Origin: a virus
Lineage: Duplodnaviria > Heunggongvirae > Uroviricota > Caudoviricetes
IMG/VR virus record: IMGVR_UViG_2681813225_000010
Location: 1-14,560 of that record
Strand: one strand, 5' to 3'
Length of the DNA: 14,560 bases
In this document: in pieces, positions 1-11,137 of the stretch
Numbering within the stretch: position 1 is the stretch's first letter
Layout: every line of letters starts with the position of its first letter
The notes under the pieces: model-generated
The model's input: only the letters and a program-made list of their open reading frames with translations
What the model was told of the DNA's origin: nothing
Databases searched by the model: none
Position numbers and translations under genes: made by a program

Positions 1-24
1 AGTCTCCAGGATTCCCGGGGCGGT

Positions 25-3852
<3,828 letters not shown>

Positions 3853-4042
3853 GCTTACCTTCCCTGAACGAGCTAACATAAATGCGCCCTTTCTAGCACA
3901 GCGAAAAAATGTAAATCCTGATAGCAATATGATTGAAAATTAATAACTTTTCGTTAGGCAGTTTTGGGTGTGAGTTGCAAGAGGGGAGACTACTGAATAA
4001 CTCAAGTTTTATAATCGAGGGGAAAATGGTGATGGCGTTCAT

Positions 4043-4075
4043 AGCAAAACGCCCTCAACCATAAAGGTCGAGGGC
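4043..4075 (-). terminator. Rho-independent terminator downstream of tRNA-Asn
   Basis: On the minus strand a 7-bp GC-rich stem (CGCCCTC/GAGGGCG, 4050-4056 and 4069-4075) with a 12-nt loop is followed by TTTTGCT (complement of 4043-4049). Confidence 0.5.
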
Positions 4076-4165
4076 GCTTAAGATGTTAAAAACCCGCTAT
4101 CCGTTAAAAAACAATGTTCAACTAAGGTCAGTGACATTGCGCTAAAAAAGCGAATTTTTAGAATT

Positions 4166-4241
4166 TGGCTCCTCTGACTGGACTCGAACCAGTGACATAC
4201 GGATTAACAGTCCGCCGTTCTACCGACTGAACTACAGAGGA
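4166..4241 (-). tRNA. asnT: tRNA-Asn (anticodon GUU)
   Basis: The reverse complement reads UCCUCUGUAGUUCAGUCGGUAGAACGGCGGACUGUUAAUCCGUAUGUCACUGGUUCGAGUCCAGUCAGAGGAGCCA, a 76-nt cloverleaf with GUU anticodon and CCA end. The paralog name is from context (next to mtfA and yeeJ), since E. coli tRNA-Asn copies are identical. Confidence 0.93.
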
Positions 4242-4259
4242 ATCGTGTGAACGGGGCGC

Positions 4260-4288
4260 ATATTACTTAGCGGTACCTTGTCTGTCAA
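4260..4288 (-). promoter_or_regulatory. Putative sigma70 promoter of the tRNA-Asn gene
   Basis: Minus strand shows -35 TTGACA (complement of 4283-4288), a 17-bp spacer, -10 TAATAT (complement of 4260-4265), then a GC-rich discriminator (GCGCCCCG) about 11 nt before the mature tRNA 5' end, typical of stringently controlled tRNA promoters. Confidence 0.5.
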
Positions 4289-4341
4289 CACTAAATTTCA
4301 TAAGTCATTTCAATTGGTTAATTAATCTGCAAAGTTGTTAA

Positions 4342-5139
4342 TTAATGAACATTCGTCGCCGAAAACGAGTCTGTATCATTAGTGCGATGCAGTCTCTGCA
4401 AAGGATCTTGTTGATAAAATTGGCAGAAACGTTGCCACAATGAAGGGAAACGAGGAGCAAAAAGTTCTGGGGCGCTAAAGAAATATTCAGAAAGTACGGC
4501 AAAACATTCAGCAGGATCACTGGCAGCATAAGCATCAATGCTCGCCGCATTCTCGCCAACCAATTCGATTTCTTCCTGAATGTTGTTCATTGCAGCATGA
4601 AGATCGTGTTCCCAGCCAGCAACCTCACGCAACGGAATAAAGGGAACTCCGCTGGCGCGATCGCCGTTACGGGTGTCCAGCTTATGAGCGACTTCATGAA
4701 TAATCAGGTTAAAACCAGAAGCATCAAAAGAATCTTGTATATCCAACCAGTTCAAAACGATAGGCCCTTGCTGCCAGCTCTGACCTGACTGAACAATACG
4801 TTGGTTATGCACCAGACCGATATCGTCTTCCCATTCATCATCGACCACAAATGGCGCAGGATAAATTAAGACTTCATGAAAACCATCCAGCCATTCCAGT
4901 CCTAACTCCAGAACGGGTAGGCAAAATAGAAGTGCTATCCGGCAGCTTCTTAATGAATCCAGTTCAAAGCCCTGTAAAGGAACAAGCCGCTTTTGCTGTA
5001 AAAAACGTTCGGCAAGAGTGACTAATTTGCTTTGTTCCTGTTCCGTCAGACCCGTTAAAAGGGGGATCGATAGTGCTTCCTGCCAGGGAAGGGCAGTTTG
5101 ATGTGCTGATTCTTGTACTTTCCAGGGCCACTTAATCAT
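4342..5139 (-). CDS. mtfA: MtfA (Mlc titration factor A), zinc-dependent peptidase family, 265 aa
   Basis: ORF track 4342..5178(-). Start trimmed to the ATG giving [11 protein letters not shown] (complement 5137-5139). Contains the HEVAH zinc-binding motif ([10 protein letters not shown]). Sits between tRNA-Asn and serU as in E. coli. Confidence 0.9.
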   Translation of the reverse strand: MIKWPWKVQESAHQTALPWQEALSIPLLTGLTEQEQSKLVTLAERFLQQKRLVPLQGFELDSLRSCRIALLFCLPVLELGLEWLDGFHEVLIYPAPFVVDDEWEDDIGLVHNQRIVQSGQSWQQGPIVLNWLDIQDSFDASGFNLIIHEVAHKLDTRNGDRASGVPFIPLREVAGWEHDLHAAMNNIQEEIELVGENAASIDAYAASDPAECFAVLSEYFFSAPELFAPRFPSLWQRFCQFYQQDPLQRLHRTNDTDSFSATNVH

Positions 5140-5188
5140 CGTTTTGCTCGCAAACTCGTCACTTGAACAAAATTGCACGGACAGGGAC

Positions 5189-5197
5189 TGTTAAAAT
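5189..5197 (+). promoter_or_regulatory. Putative extended -10 element (TGtTAAAAT) of a serU promoter
   Basis: TGTTAAAAT at 5189-5197 lies about 35 nt upstream of the mature tRNA-Ser 5' end. No convincing -35 found. Confidence 0.3.
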
Positions 5198-5232
5198 GCC
5201 AAATTTCCTGGCATCATGGCAACCATCTGAAC

Positions 5233-5322
5233 GGAGAGATGCCGGAGCGGCTGAACGGACCGGTCTCGAAAACCGGAGTGGGGGCAACTCCACCGGGGGT
5301 TCAAATCCCCCTCTCTCCGCCA
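5233..5322 (+). tRNA. serU: tRNA-Ser (anticodon CGA), 90 nt including long variable arm and CCA
   Basis: GGAGAGAUGCCGGAGCGGCUGAACGGACCGGUCUCGAAAACCGG... with anticodon loop CUCGAAA (anticodon CGA), long variable arm, T-arm GGGGGUUCAAAUCCCCC, and CCA at 5320-5322. Prophage-type genes begin immediately 3'. Confidence 0.93.
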
Positions 5323-5367
5323 AAATTCAATCACTTATACATCATTAAGTCAGTGACAAAAATCACA

Positions 5368-5404
5368 CTTGGAATTACTTGGAATATTTTCTTGGAATAT
5401 TTTC
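5368..5404. repeat. Three direct CTTGGAAT repeats, the last two inside an exact 13-bp tandem repeat (TTGGAATATTTTC x2); candidate integrase arm-type binding sites in attL
   Basis: CTTGGAAT at 5368-5375, 5378-5385 and 5391-5398. TTGGAATATTTTC at 5379-5391 and 5392-5404. The first copy sits on the last integrase-fragment codons and the other two lie downstream of its stop, between that fragment and the tRNA 3' end. Confidence 0.3.
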
Positions 5405-5845
5405 AGGTAACGGGACATCAAGTGTCGGTGAAACTTTAACCTTCCTGTCATAGATTAGCACTTGCCCCTCGGTTTTGTGACCAGAGAAAAGTTGCTTATC
5501 CCGACTGCTTCCTTCATAGTCTGAAATTCCTTTCGCCTTCAGATCATGAAAGGTGAAGTCGGTTAAAATACCTGAAATTTTGCCTGCGCGATTTCTTGCT
5601 TCTACCCACATTTCGTTAAAGCCTTTGTACATATATCGGTTGCCGTATTGATTACTGATTACATAGGCGGATGTTGGTAACTGTTTTGCTTTTTCGATCG
5701 CCGCCTGTAATCGTGGACTCCATGCTTTTATCTGTTTTTTTCCTGTTTTCCCTTGCTGGATAAAGATTCCGTCGTTTCCAATCTGCTCCCATTTCAGCGA
5801 TAACACATCGGAAACCCTCGCTGCACACAGATAGGCAATTTCCAT
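5375..5845 (-). pseudogene. Tyrosine recombinase (phage integrase) C-terminal catalytic-domain fragment only (156 codons); N-terminal half absent
   Basis: The translation carries the C-terminal catalytic signature of lambda-family integrases (FTFHDLKAKG..., LFSGHKTEGQVLIYDRK with the presumed catalytic Tyr). It reads toward the tRNA 3' end. No upstream minus-strand ORF of 60 aa or more continues it (5846-6078), and full-length enzymes are roughly 330-400 aa. Confidence 0.75.
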
Positions 5846-6078
5846 TGCGATAAAAACAGGAAGAGGTGCAACGCTTAATACTGGTGTACGTCAGTTGCCT
5901 GCTGAGAGATGTCCTGCGATTGAACGAGCAACAAAAGGTGGTGTCCTGTGTGAAGAACTTCGTCCTGATGTTGATTGGACATACTTACGACGCTCGTCAT
6001 GTTATTCGCAGAATATGTCGATGAAGCAACCAAATGACGAAAACGATCATACCCGAAGCATCAAGAGGCAAATGATTC

Positions 6079-6504
6079 ATGAAAATCAAGCATGAACACA
6101 TCCGCATGGCGATGAATGCCTGGGCGCGTCCTGATGGCGAAAAAGTTCCAGCAGCTGGAATAACCCAGGCTTATTTTGAGTTGGGGATGACGTTTCCTGA
6201 ACTGTATGACGACAGCCATCCGGAAGCCCTGGCTCGCAATACCCAGAAAATTTTCCGCTGGGTAGAGAAAGACACCCCTGATGCAGTTGAAAAAATTCAG
6301 GCGTTGTTACCAGCGATCGAAAAGGCAATGCCACCTTTGCTGGTGGCCAGAATGCGCAGCCACAGTTCAGCTTATTTTCGGGAGCTGGTGGAGACGCGGG
6401 AGCGACTGGTGAGAGACGCTGATGATTTTGTCGCAGTGGCAATCGCCGGTTTCAATCAGATGAACCGTGGTGGCCCGGCAGGAAATGCTGTGGCAGTACA
6501 TTGA
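6079..6504 (+). CDS. YdaT-family prophage protein (141 aa)
   Basis: ORF track. N-terminus MKIKHEHI... is as I recall for YdaT-like proteins of Rac-type prophages. It sits immediately upstream of the O-like and DnaC-like genes (ydaT-ydaU-ydaV order). AAGAGG SD-like motif 11 nt upstream. Confidence 0.65.
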   Translation: MKIKHEHIRMAMNAWARPDGEKVPAAGITQAYFELGMTFPELYDDSHPEALARNTQKIFRWVEKDTPDAVEKIQALLPAIEKAMPPLLVARMRSHSSAYFRELVETRERLVRDADDFVAVAIAGFNQMNRGGPAGNAVAVH

Positions 6505-6575
6505 CTGACAATAGCCGTATCGAATCGCTTCCGGCAACTCGTGAGTAAAAAGATTCGGTATCAGAAGAGGTGAGT

Positions 6576-7658
6576 ATGGCTAACGCCTGGCTCAGATTAT
6601 GGCATGACATGCCAAATGACCCTAAGTGGCGAACAATTGCCAGGGTGTCAGGGCAGCCAATTGCAACAGTGATGGCAGTGTATATCCACCTCCTGGTGAG
6701 CGCGTCACGAAATGTCACGCGAGGTCACATTGATGTCACGACAGAAGATTTGGCAAGTGCGCTCGACGTGACAGAAGAGGTAATTGATTCAATTTTGCAG
6801 ACGATGCAGGGGCGGGTACTTGATGGTGATTTAATCACTGGATGGGAAAAACGCCAGGTGCTTAAAGAGGACAACGGCAATATTTCGCAAACCGCAAAAT
6901 CTCCTGCAGAGCGCAAGAGGGCGCAGCGAGAGAGGGAAAGAAAGCGGGAACAAAATGGCGATTGTCACGGCGCGTCACGAAATGTCACGCACATGTCACG
7001 ACGAGTCACGACAGATAAAGATACAGATAAAGATACAGATAAAGATACAGATCAAGAAGATCAAAACACTATGGTCCATGGCGTAAAAAACGCCACGAAC
7101 CAGGCAGGGGATGTTCAGACCGTCAATCCTGGTCAGCCAGCAGGCACGACACCGGAAGCCGATTCAGCGTATGCGCTGAAAGCCGATTCGGGCGCTGTGC
7201 AGCAGGTGATGACCGCAAGGCCGGAGCAATCACACCAACTGCAGCAGCCTGAAGCCGATTCCGCCATTCAGCGGGAAGCCGATCGGGTAGTCCCGGAAAA
7301 CACCGGGCAGCCTGTGGGACGAGTGGATTATCCGGATGTGTTCGAACAGGTCTGGCGGGAATACCCGTTGCGTGCTGGGGCAAACCCGAAGAAATCCGCT
7401 TTCAGTGCCTGGAAGGCCAGATTACGCGAGGGGGTGCCACCAGAGGCCATACTGGATGGTGTGAGGCGTTACGCAAGATACCTGGCGGCTACCGGGAAAA
7501 CGGGAACGGAATTTGTTCAGCGAGCGACGACGTTTTTTGGGCCGGACCGGAATTTTGAAAACCCCTGGTTGCTCCCGGTAAGCGGCACGAACAACCAGCG
7601 TTGTGTGAATCATATTTCTGAACCGGATACCGAAATTCCGCCGGGATTCAGGGGGTGA
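6576..7658 (+). CDS. Phage replication initiation protein (lambda O-like / YdaU-like) containing the replication origin
   Basis: ORF track 6570..7658. I favour the ATG at 6576 (MANAWLRLWHD...), which has AGAAGAGG upstream. The gene contains two iteron arrays and a tandem repeat (see repeat features), like lambda ori inside O. It directly precedes a DnaC-like loader gene. Confidence 0.8.
   Translation: MANAWLRLWHDMPNDPKWRTIARVSGQPIATVMAVYIHLLVSASRNVTRGHIDVTTEDLASALDVTEEVIDSILQTMQGRVLDGDLITGWEKRQVLKEDNGNISQTAKSPAERKRAQRERERKREQNGDCHGASRNVTHMSRRVTTDKDTDKDTDKDTDQEDQNTMVHGVKNATNQAGDVQTVNPGQPAGTTPEADSAYALKADSGAVQQVMTARPEQSHQLQQPEADSAIQREADRVVPENTGQPVGRVDYPDVFEQVWREYPLRAGANPKKSAFSAWKARLREGVPPEAILDGVRRYARYLAATGKTGTEFVQRATTFFGPDRNFENPWLLPVSGTNNQRCVNHISEPDTEIPPGFRG
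6701..6745. repeat. Iteron array 1: four GTCAC(G) repeats phased at 10-11 bp
   Basis: GTCAC at 6704, 6714, 6724 and 6735. The 20-mer CGCGTCACGAAATGTCACGC (6701-6720) recurs exactly at 6971-6990. Confidence 0.6.
6961..7052. repeat. Iteron array 2 (five GTCAC repeats) followed by an A+T-rich 12-bp tandem repeat (ACAGATAAAGAT x3.5); candidate ori core
   Basis: GTCAC at 6964, 6974, 6984, 6995 and 7005 (spacing 10, 10, 11, 10). Then ACAGATAAAGAT at 7011-7022, 7023-7034 and 7035-7046, plus a partial copy to 7052. In the protein this region reads DKDTDKDTDKDTD. Confidence 0.6.
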
Positions 7659-7664
7659 TGTGGC

Positions 7665-8411
7665 ATGAAAAACATTGCGGCAGCCGGGGTTCTTGAACGT
7701 ATTCGCAGACTTGCACCACAGGCGTCGGTTCCACCGTACCGGACGGTGGAGGAGTGGCGGGAATGGCAACTTGTTGAAGGACGAAAACGCAGCGAGGAGA
7801 TTAACCGCCAGAATCACCAGTTGCGGGTGGAAAAAATCCTGAATCGTTCGGGCATCCAGCCTCTGCACAGCAAATGCTCGTTTGCGAATTATCAGGTGCA
7901 GAACGACGGGCAAAAATACGCGCTGAGCCAGGCCAAATCCATAGCTGACGAACTGATGACCGGGTGCACGAATTTTGTGTTCAGCGGTAAAACCGGCACC
8001 GGGAAAAATCACCTTGCAGCGGCGATGGGTAACCGGCTGATGGCGAAGGGGCGCAGCGTGATTATCGTCACCGTGTCTGATGTCATGAGCGTGTTGCATG
8101 ACAGCTACGACAACGGCAAATCCGGGGAAAAATTTTTACAGGAGCTTTGCAGTGTTGATTTGCTGGTCCTGGATGAAATAGGCGTTCAGCGGGAGACGAA
8201 AAACGAGCAGGTGGTATTACACCAGATAATTGATCGCCGGACAGCATCACTGTGCAGTGTCGGGATGTTAACAAACCTGAATCATGCCGCAATGAGCACG
8301 CTTCTTGGTGAGAGGATTATGGACCGCATGACCATGAACGGTGGTCGGTGGGTGACGTTTAACTGGGATAGCTGGCGTCCAAATGTCAGCAATCAGAGGG
8401 TTGTGAAGTAA
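7665..8411 (+). CDS. DnaC-like replicative helicase loader (AAA+ ATPase, IstB/DnaC family; YdaV-like)
   Basis: Walker A FSGKTGTGKNHLAAAMG and Walker B LLVLDEIG. The ATG lies 6 nt after the O-like stop, with AGGGGGTGA upstream. Confidence 0.85.
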   Translation: MKNIAAAGVLERIRRLAPQASVPPYRTVEEWREWQLVEGRKRSEEINRQNHQLRVEKILNRSGIQPLHSKCSFANYQVQNDGQKYALSQAKSIADELMTGCTNFVFSGKTGTGKNHLAAAMGNRLMAKGRSVIIVTVSDVMSVLHDSYDNGKSGEKFLQELCSVDLLVLDEIGVQRETKNEQVVLHQIIDRRTASLCSVGMLTNLNHAAMSTLLGERIMDRMTMNGGRWVTFNWDSWRPNVSNQRVVK

Positions 8412-8432
8412 TTTTTGTTGGAGGACGTTTTA

Positions 8433-9149
8433 ATGGAAACTGTATTTGACGCACTGAAAGCACTGAAAAAAGCCTCTTCACAGGTAGTGGCATCGCGCCT
8501 TGGAATCAGCCGCGAAGATGCTGTCAACGAACTGTGGAAACTGAAGCGCCGTGGTGAAGCGGATAACAAGGGTTCGATGTGGTGGCTGATTCAGGCTGGT
8601 GAAAGTGAACCAGTGTCACCGGTACCGAAAGTGACAGCGCAAATGCTGACTGAGGCGATTGAACATCATGGCCCACAAACGGCGGATGAGCTGGCACTGA
8701 TGTTCGGGATTACCTCCCGCCGGGCGAATTCATCACTGGCCATGGCAATCAGCAAAGGGCGTCTGATTCGCGTGAATCAGGGCGGTAAATTTCGGTACTG
8801 CATACCGGGCGCTGATTTACCGGCTGAGCCGAAAGCCGCATCCATAGCGGAAACGGATGGTAAAGCCTTTCCTCAGCCAGCAGGTGTTGCGTTACCAGTC
8901 GGGGAAGCGGAAACACAGGAAGAAATAAAAACGGAAAGTGTGGCGGTCACAGTGCAGTCACAGCCGTCGTTCACCAGAAAGCATCCGGATGGTCTGATTT
9001 TACCATCGCTGCATGTGGCTAACCGCGAGCTGCGCCGGGCAAAAGGTCAGGTTCAGAAGTGGGAGCGAGTCTGCGCCGCGCTGCGGGAGCTGAACAAGTG
9101 CCGGGATATTCTCCGGGATATTACCGCCACCAGAGAACAGCAGCGGTGA
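8433..9149 (+). CDS. Prophage protein with two N-terminal winged-helix-like segments and a C-terminal coiled-coil-like tail; function unknown
   Basis: ORF track 8415..9149 begins at an alternative start codon. I prefer the ATG at 8433 (METVFDALK...), with GGAGGA 8 nt upstream. It follows the DnaC-like gene, as ydaW-type genes do. Confidence 0.65.
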   Translation: METVFDALKALKKASSQVVASRLGISREDAVNELWKLKRRGEADNKGSMWWLIQAGESEPVSPVPKVTAQMLTEAIEHHGPQTADELALMFGITSRRANSSLAMAISKGRLIRVNQGGKFRYCIPGADLPAEPKAASIAETDGKAFPQPAGVALPVGEAETQEEIKTESVAVTVQSQPSFTRKHPDGLILPSLHVANRELRRAKGQVQKWERVCAALRELNKCRDILRDITATREQQR

Positions 9150-9181
9150 GTGGGTGGAAGACGTGGTGCCGGGCGGAAATC

Positions 9182-9463
9182 ATGATACTCCGGCAGTGTG
9201 CGGGAACGATGAAGGTAAAAAGCGTTGGCGCACTTATCGGACGAACTGAAGCGGCAGTGAGAACGAAGGCACGGGAGCTGGGCATCAGCATGATGTTACG
9301 TGGTGATTTTCACCCGTCGGCAAAATATTCTCAGCGTGATATTGAGCTGGCGCGGCAACTGCATCAGAGAGGCATGCAAAGAAGGGAAATTGCCAGAAAA
9401 TTAGGCATGCCGCTGCGCATAGTGAATAACTACGTTTATTTCGACAGGAGGGTGTCTGCGTGA
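9182..9463 (+). CDS. Small basic protein with HTH-like segments; putative DNA-binding regulator
   Basis: In-frame ATG at 9182 (MILRQCAG...), with an alternative ATG at 9209 (MKVKS...). The C-terminal QRREIARKLGMPLRIVNNYV looks like a helix-turn-helix. ORF 9059..9463 in the track is an extension overlapping the upstream gene. Confidence 0.5.
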   Translation: MILRQCAGTMKVKSVGALIGRTEAAVRTKARELGISMMLRGDFHPSAKYSQRDIELARQLHQRGMQRREIARKLGMPLRIVNNYVYFDRRVSA

Positions 9464-9687
9464 AAATCCTGTATCAGGATTACGGCCCGGTGGGGCAGGT
9501 GGTTATCAGCAGTACTGTAATGGAGTTTCGGAAGCATAACCGTGTGGTGGATGCTGTGCTGTTAACCTGTCCGGGGATATCGGCGAGTCGTGCAGGTGTG
9601 TTTATTATGAAGACGAAATTATATGGCAGTAAGGCGTGGATAAAGAAGGCGTATCGTGTAGCGTTGCAGGAGGTTAACAGTGAGTGA
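9460..9687 (+). CDS. Hypothetical small basic phage protein (75 aa)
   Basis: GTG start overlaps the upstream stop (GTGA, 9460-9463). AGGAGGG lies 9 nt upstream. No recognisable motif. Confidence 0.45.
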   Translation: MKILYQDYGPVGQVVISSTVMEFRKHNRVVDAVLLTCPGISASRAGVFIMKTKLYGSKAWIKKAYRVALQEVNSE

Positions 9688-9991
9688 AATTAAAGAAATG
9701 CCGGTAGTTCGTGACGGATATGGCTACTGGACACATCCTGAATATGAAAAATTCTGTGATGGTCGGGAATATATTTCAACGGAAGAGTTTAACGCCTGGA
9801 TGGAGGAAAATAATCTTCAATACGTCCTCTGCTTCAGAGATGAAGGATGTGCTGACCTTGATGCGTGTGATGCTGATATTTCTGCATGGGAACCGGAACG
9901 ACCAGAGGGCGATGGCTGGTTTATTGGTTCCATTCATGATACGGAAGATGGCCCGGTTTGTGTCTGGTTGCGAAATAAGGCTGAAGCATAA
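9680..9991 (+). CDS. Hypothetical strongly acidic small protein (103 aa); possible DNA-mimic-type anti-restriction/anti-defence candidate
   Basis: GTG start at 9680 with AGGAGG 6 nt upstream; overlaps the previous gene by 8 nt. By my hand count about 25 of 103 residues are Asp/Glu and about 8 are Lys/Arg. Confidence 0.5.
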   Translation: MSEIKEMPVVRDGYGYWTHPEYEKFCDGREYISTEEFNAWMEENNLQYVLCFRDEGCADLDACDADISAWEPERPEGDGWFIGSIHDTEDGPVCVWLRNKAEA

Positions 9992-10337
9992 AGGCGATAA
10001 ACCAACTAACAACTAAATACTGAAGATTTAAATCAGAAACGATTTTTATTAAATCCTTAACCGGAGGGATTCCTGCACCCTCAGAACATCAGGAGGCCGC
10101 CCGAAAGGGCGGTAAGAAATGAAACATTATTTAGAAAAAATTACCCACGAAAGAGCAGAACAACAGAGTTTCTGTTTTTCATTCTGTTTATAGTGTTGAT
10201 GATACCGATATCCCCGCTATTACTGGTCTGGATAATTGGAAGGACATTTGAACCAGTTATTGAGCTATATACCGATGTGACATGGGAATCATTCAGCGCA
10301 CTGCACAATAAAATTAATCCGTATAAGGAAAACTGAT

Positions 10338-10895
10338 ATGAGCACTATTACCAGAGAACGCGCGGAGATTAAATCATACATCACAGGCTTCCTGAGCGAC
10401 TCGGCGCACGATAACAAGTCTTCAGACAGCCTGCTGGCTAATGTGTTTCGTATCGCGCTGGCATCACTGGAAGCAGAGCCGATAGCAATGGTAGTGCCTG
10501 ATGAAATGGATTTGCTTACCTGCCATCTCGACGGTGTAACTAAAACATATGCTGATGGCTGGAACGCCTGCCGCGTCGCCATGCTTCAGGCCGGAAACTT
10601 TCGGGAAAATAAGAATTCGTCAACCAACAATTTTCGGGAAATCTCGGAAACGTCAACCAGATCTCCGATAACTCTGGATGGCTGGATAAGCTGTACTGAG
10701 CGAATGCCTGAAAAGAGCCAGAACGTGCTTATTTCGATGAATATCGATAGCGAGGCTGGGCCATTAATATATTCCGCACGCTATCTCGGAGGCACGTTCC
10801 GGCGCGGAGGTATAGCAGTTAGTCCGGGTAATGATCTTAGGCAAGCAACCCACTGGATGTCGCTACCAGAACCGCCGCAGGAGGTGAATCAATGA
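10338..10895 (+). CDS. Phage protein with an N-terminal domain of unknown function and a C-terminal DUF551-like domain
   Basis: ORF track. The C-terminus (DGWISCTERMPE...THWMSLPEPP) matches the DUF551 signature as I recall it. No search was run. Confidence 0.65.
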   Translation: MSTITRERAEIKSYITGFLSDSAHDNKSSDSLLANVFRIALASLEAEPIAMVVPDEMDLLTCHLDGVTKTYADGWNACRVAMLQAGNFRENKNSSTNNFREISETSTRSPITLDGWISCTERMPEKSQNVLISMNIDSEAGPLIYSARYLGGTFRRGGIAVSPGNDLRQATHWMSLPEPPQEVNQ

Positions 10896-10975
10896 CCTGG
10901 CCTGAAGCATTCACAACGGTAGGAATTGCGATGGCGGTGGCGCTGGTGGTGTATTCGATTTGCCGCTGGGGATAA
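10892..10975 (+). CDS. 27-codon ORF for a hydrophobic (single predicted TM) peptide, translationally coupled to the upstream gene
   Basis: The ATG at 10892 overlaps the upstream stop (ATGA). A strong SD (AGGAGGTGA, 10880-10888) lies 3-4 nt upstream. Product MTWPEAFTTVGIAMAVALVVYSICRWG. Below the 60-aa cutoff of the ORF track. Confidence 0.4.
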   Translation: MTWPEAFTTVGIAMAVALVVYSICRWG

Positions 10976-10982
10976 AAACGGT

Positions 10983-11010
10983 TTGCGGGAAAAGGATAGT
11001 TAAGTAGAAT
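10983..11010 (+). promoter_or_regulatory. Putative promoter of the hok/mok mRNA
   Basis: -35 TTGCGG (10983-10988), 16-bp spacer, -10 TAGAAT (11005-11010). The predicted start near 11015-11017 coincides with the 5' element that pairs with the transcript 3' end. Confidence 0.4.
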
Positions 11011-11062
11011 TGCAGCGGGTGCTTGAGGCTATCTGCCTCGGGCATGAACACCAACGGCAGAT

Positions 11063-11137
11063 AGAGAAAAGCCCCAGTTAACATTACGCGTCCTGCAAGA
11101 CGCTTAACATTAATCTGAGGCTCAATCCATGCTGAAC
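11063..11137 (-). ncRNA. sok: Putative Sok-like antisense RNA overlapping the mok translation initiation region; ends approximate
   Basis: Minus-strand promoter-like elements: -35 TTGCCT (complement of 11167-11172), 17-bp spacer, -10 TAACCT (complement of 11144-11149). The predicted transcript would be antisense to the mok SD and start codon. A U-run (complement of 11061-11066) could mark the 3' end, but I found no clean terminator hairpin. Confidence 0.3.

Noticed and set aside
4342-5178. Longer 278-aa version of the mtfA frame starting at 5178
   Set aside because: The upstream 13 codons ([13 protein letters not shown]) add nothing recognisable, whereas the internal ATG gives the canonical MIKWPWK N-terminus; I treated it as an ORF-caller extension.
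5895-6095. 66-aa plus-strand ORF between the integrase fragment and the YdaT-like gene
   Set aside because: No RBS and no HTH or other motif; it overlaps the YdaT-like start. I considered whether it was a Cro-like gene, but the translation does not support that.
7422-8099. 225-aa minus-strand ORF
   Set aside because: Entirely antisense to the DnaC-like gene, whose Walker motifs make the plus frame the real one; Arg/Pro-rich translation typical of a GC-rich antisense frame.
9059-9463. 134-aa ORF as listed in the track
   Set aside because: Its first about 40 codons overlap the 3' end of the upstream gene in another frame; I kept only the portion from the in-frame ATG at 9182 (or 9209).
9711-10016. 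101-aa plus-strand ORF and 78-aa minus-strand ORF (9776..10012) overlapping the acidic-protein gene
   Set aside because: They are alternative frames of the same DNA; the 9680 frame has the AGGAGG RBS and start/stop coupling to its neighbour, the others have neither.
10596-10660. Imperfect tandem duplication of about 30 bp (TTTCGGGAAA...CGTCAACCA twice) inside the DUF551-like gene
   Set aside because: It lies within the coding frame and translates to a duplicated linker (NFRENKNSSTNN / NFREISETSTRS). More likely a low-complexity linker duplication than a regulatory repeat, though a protein-binding site cannot be excluded.
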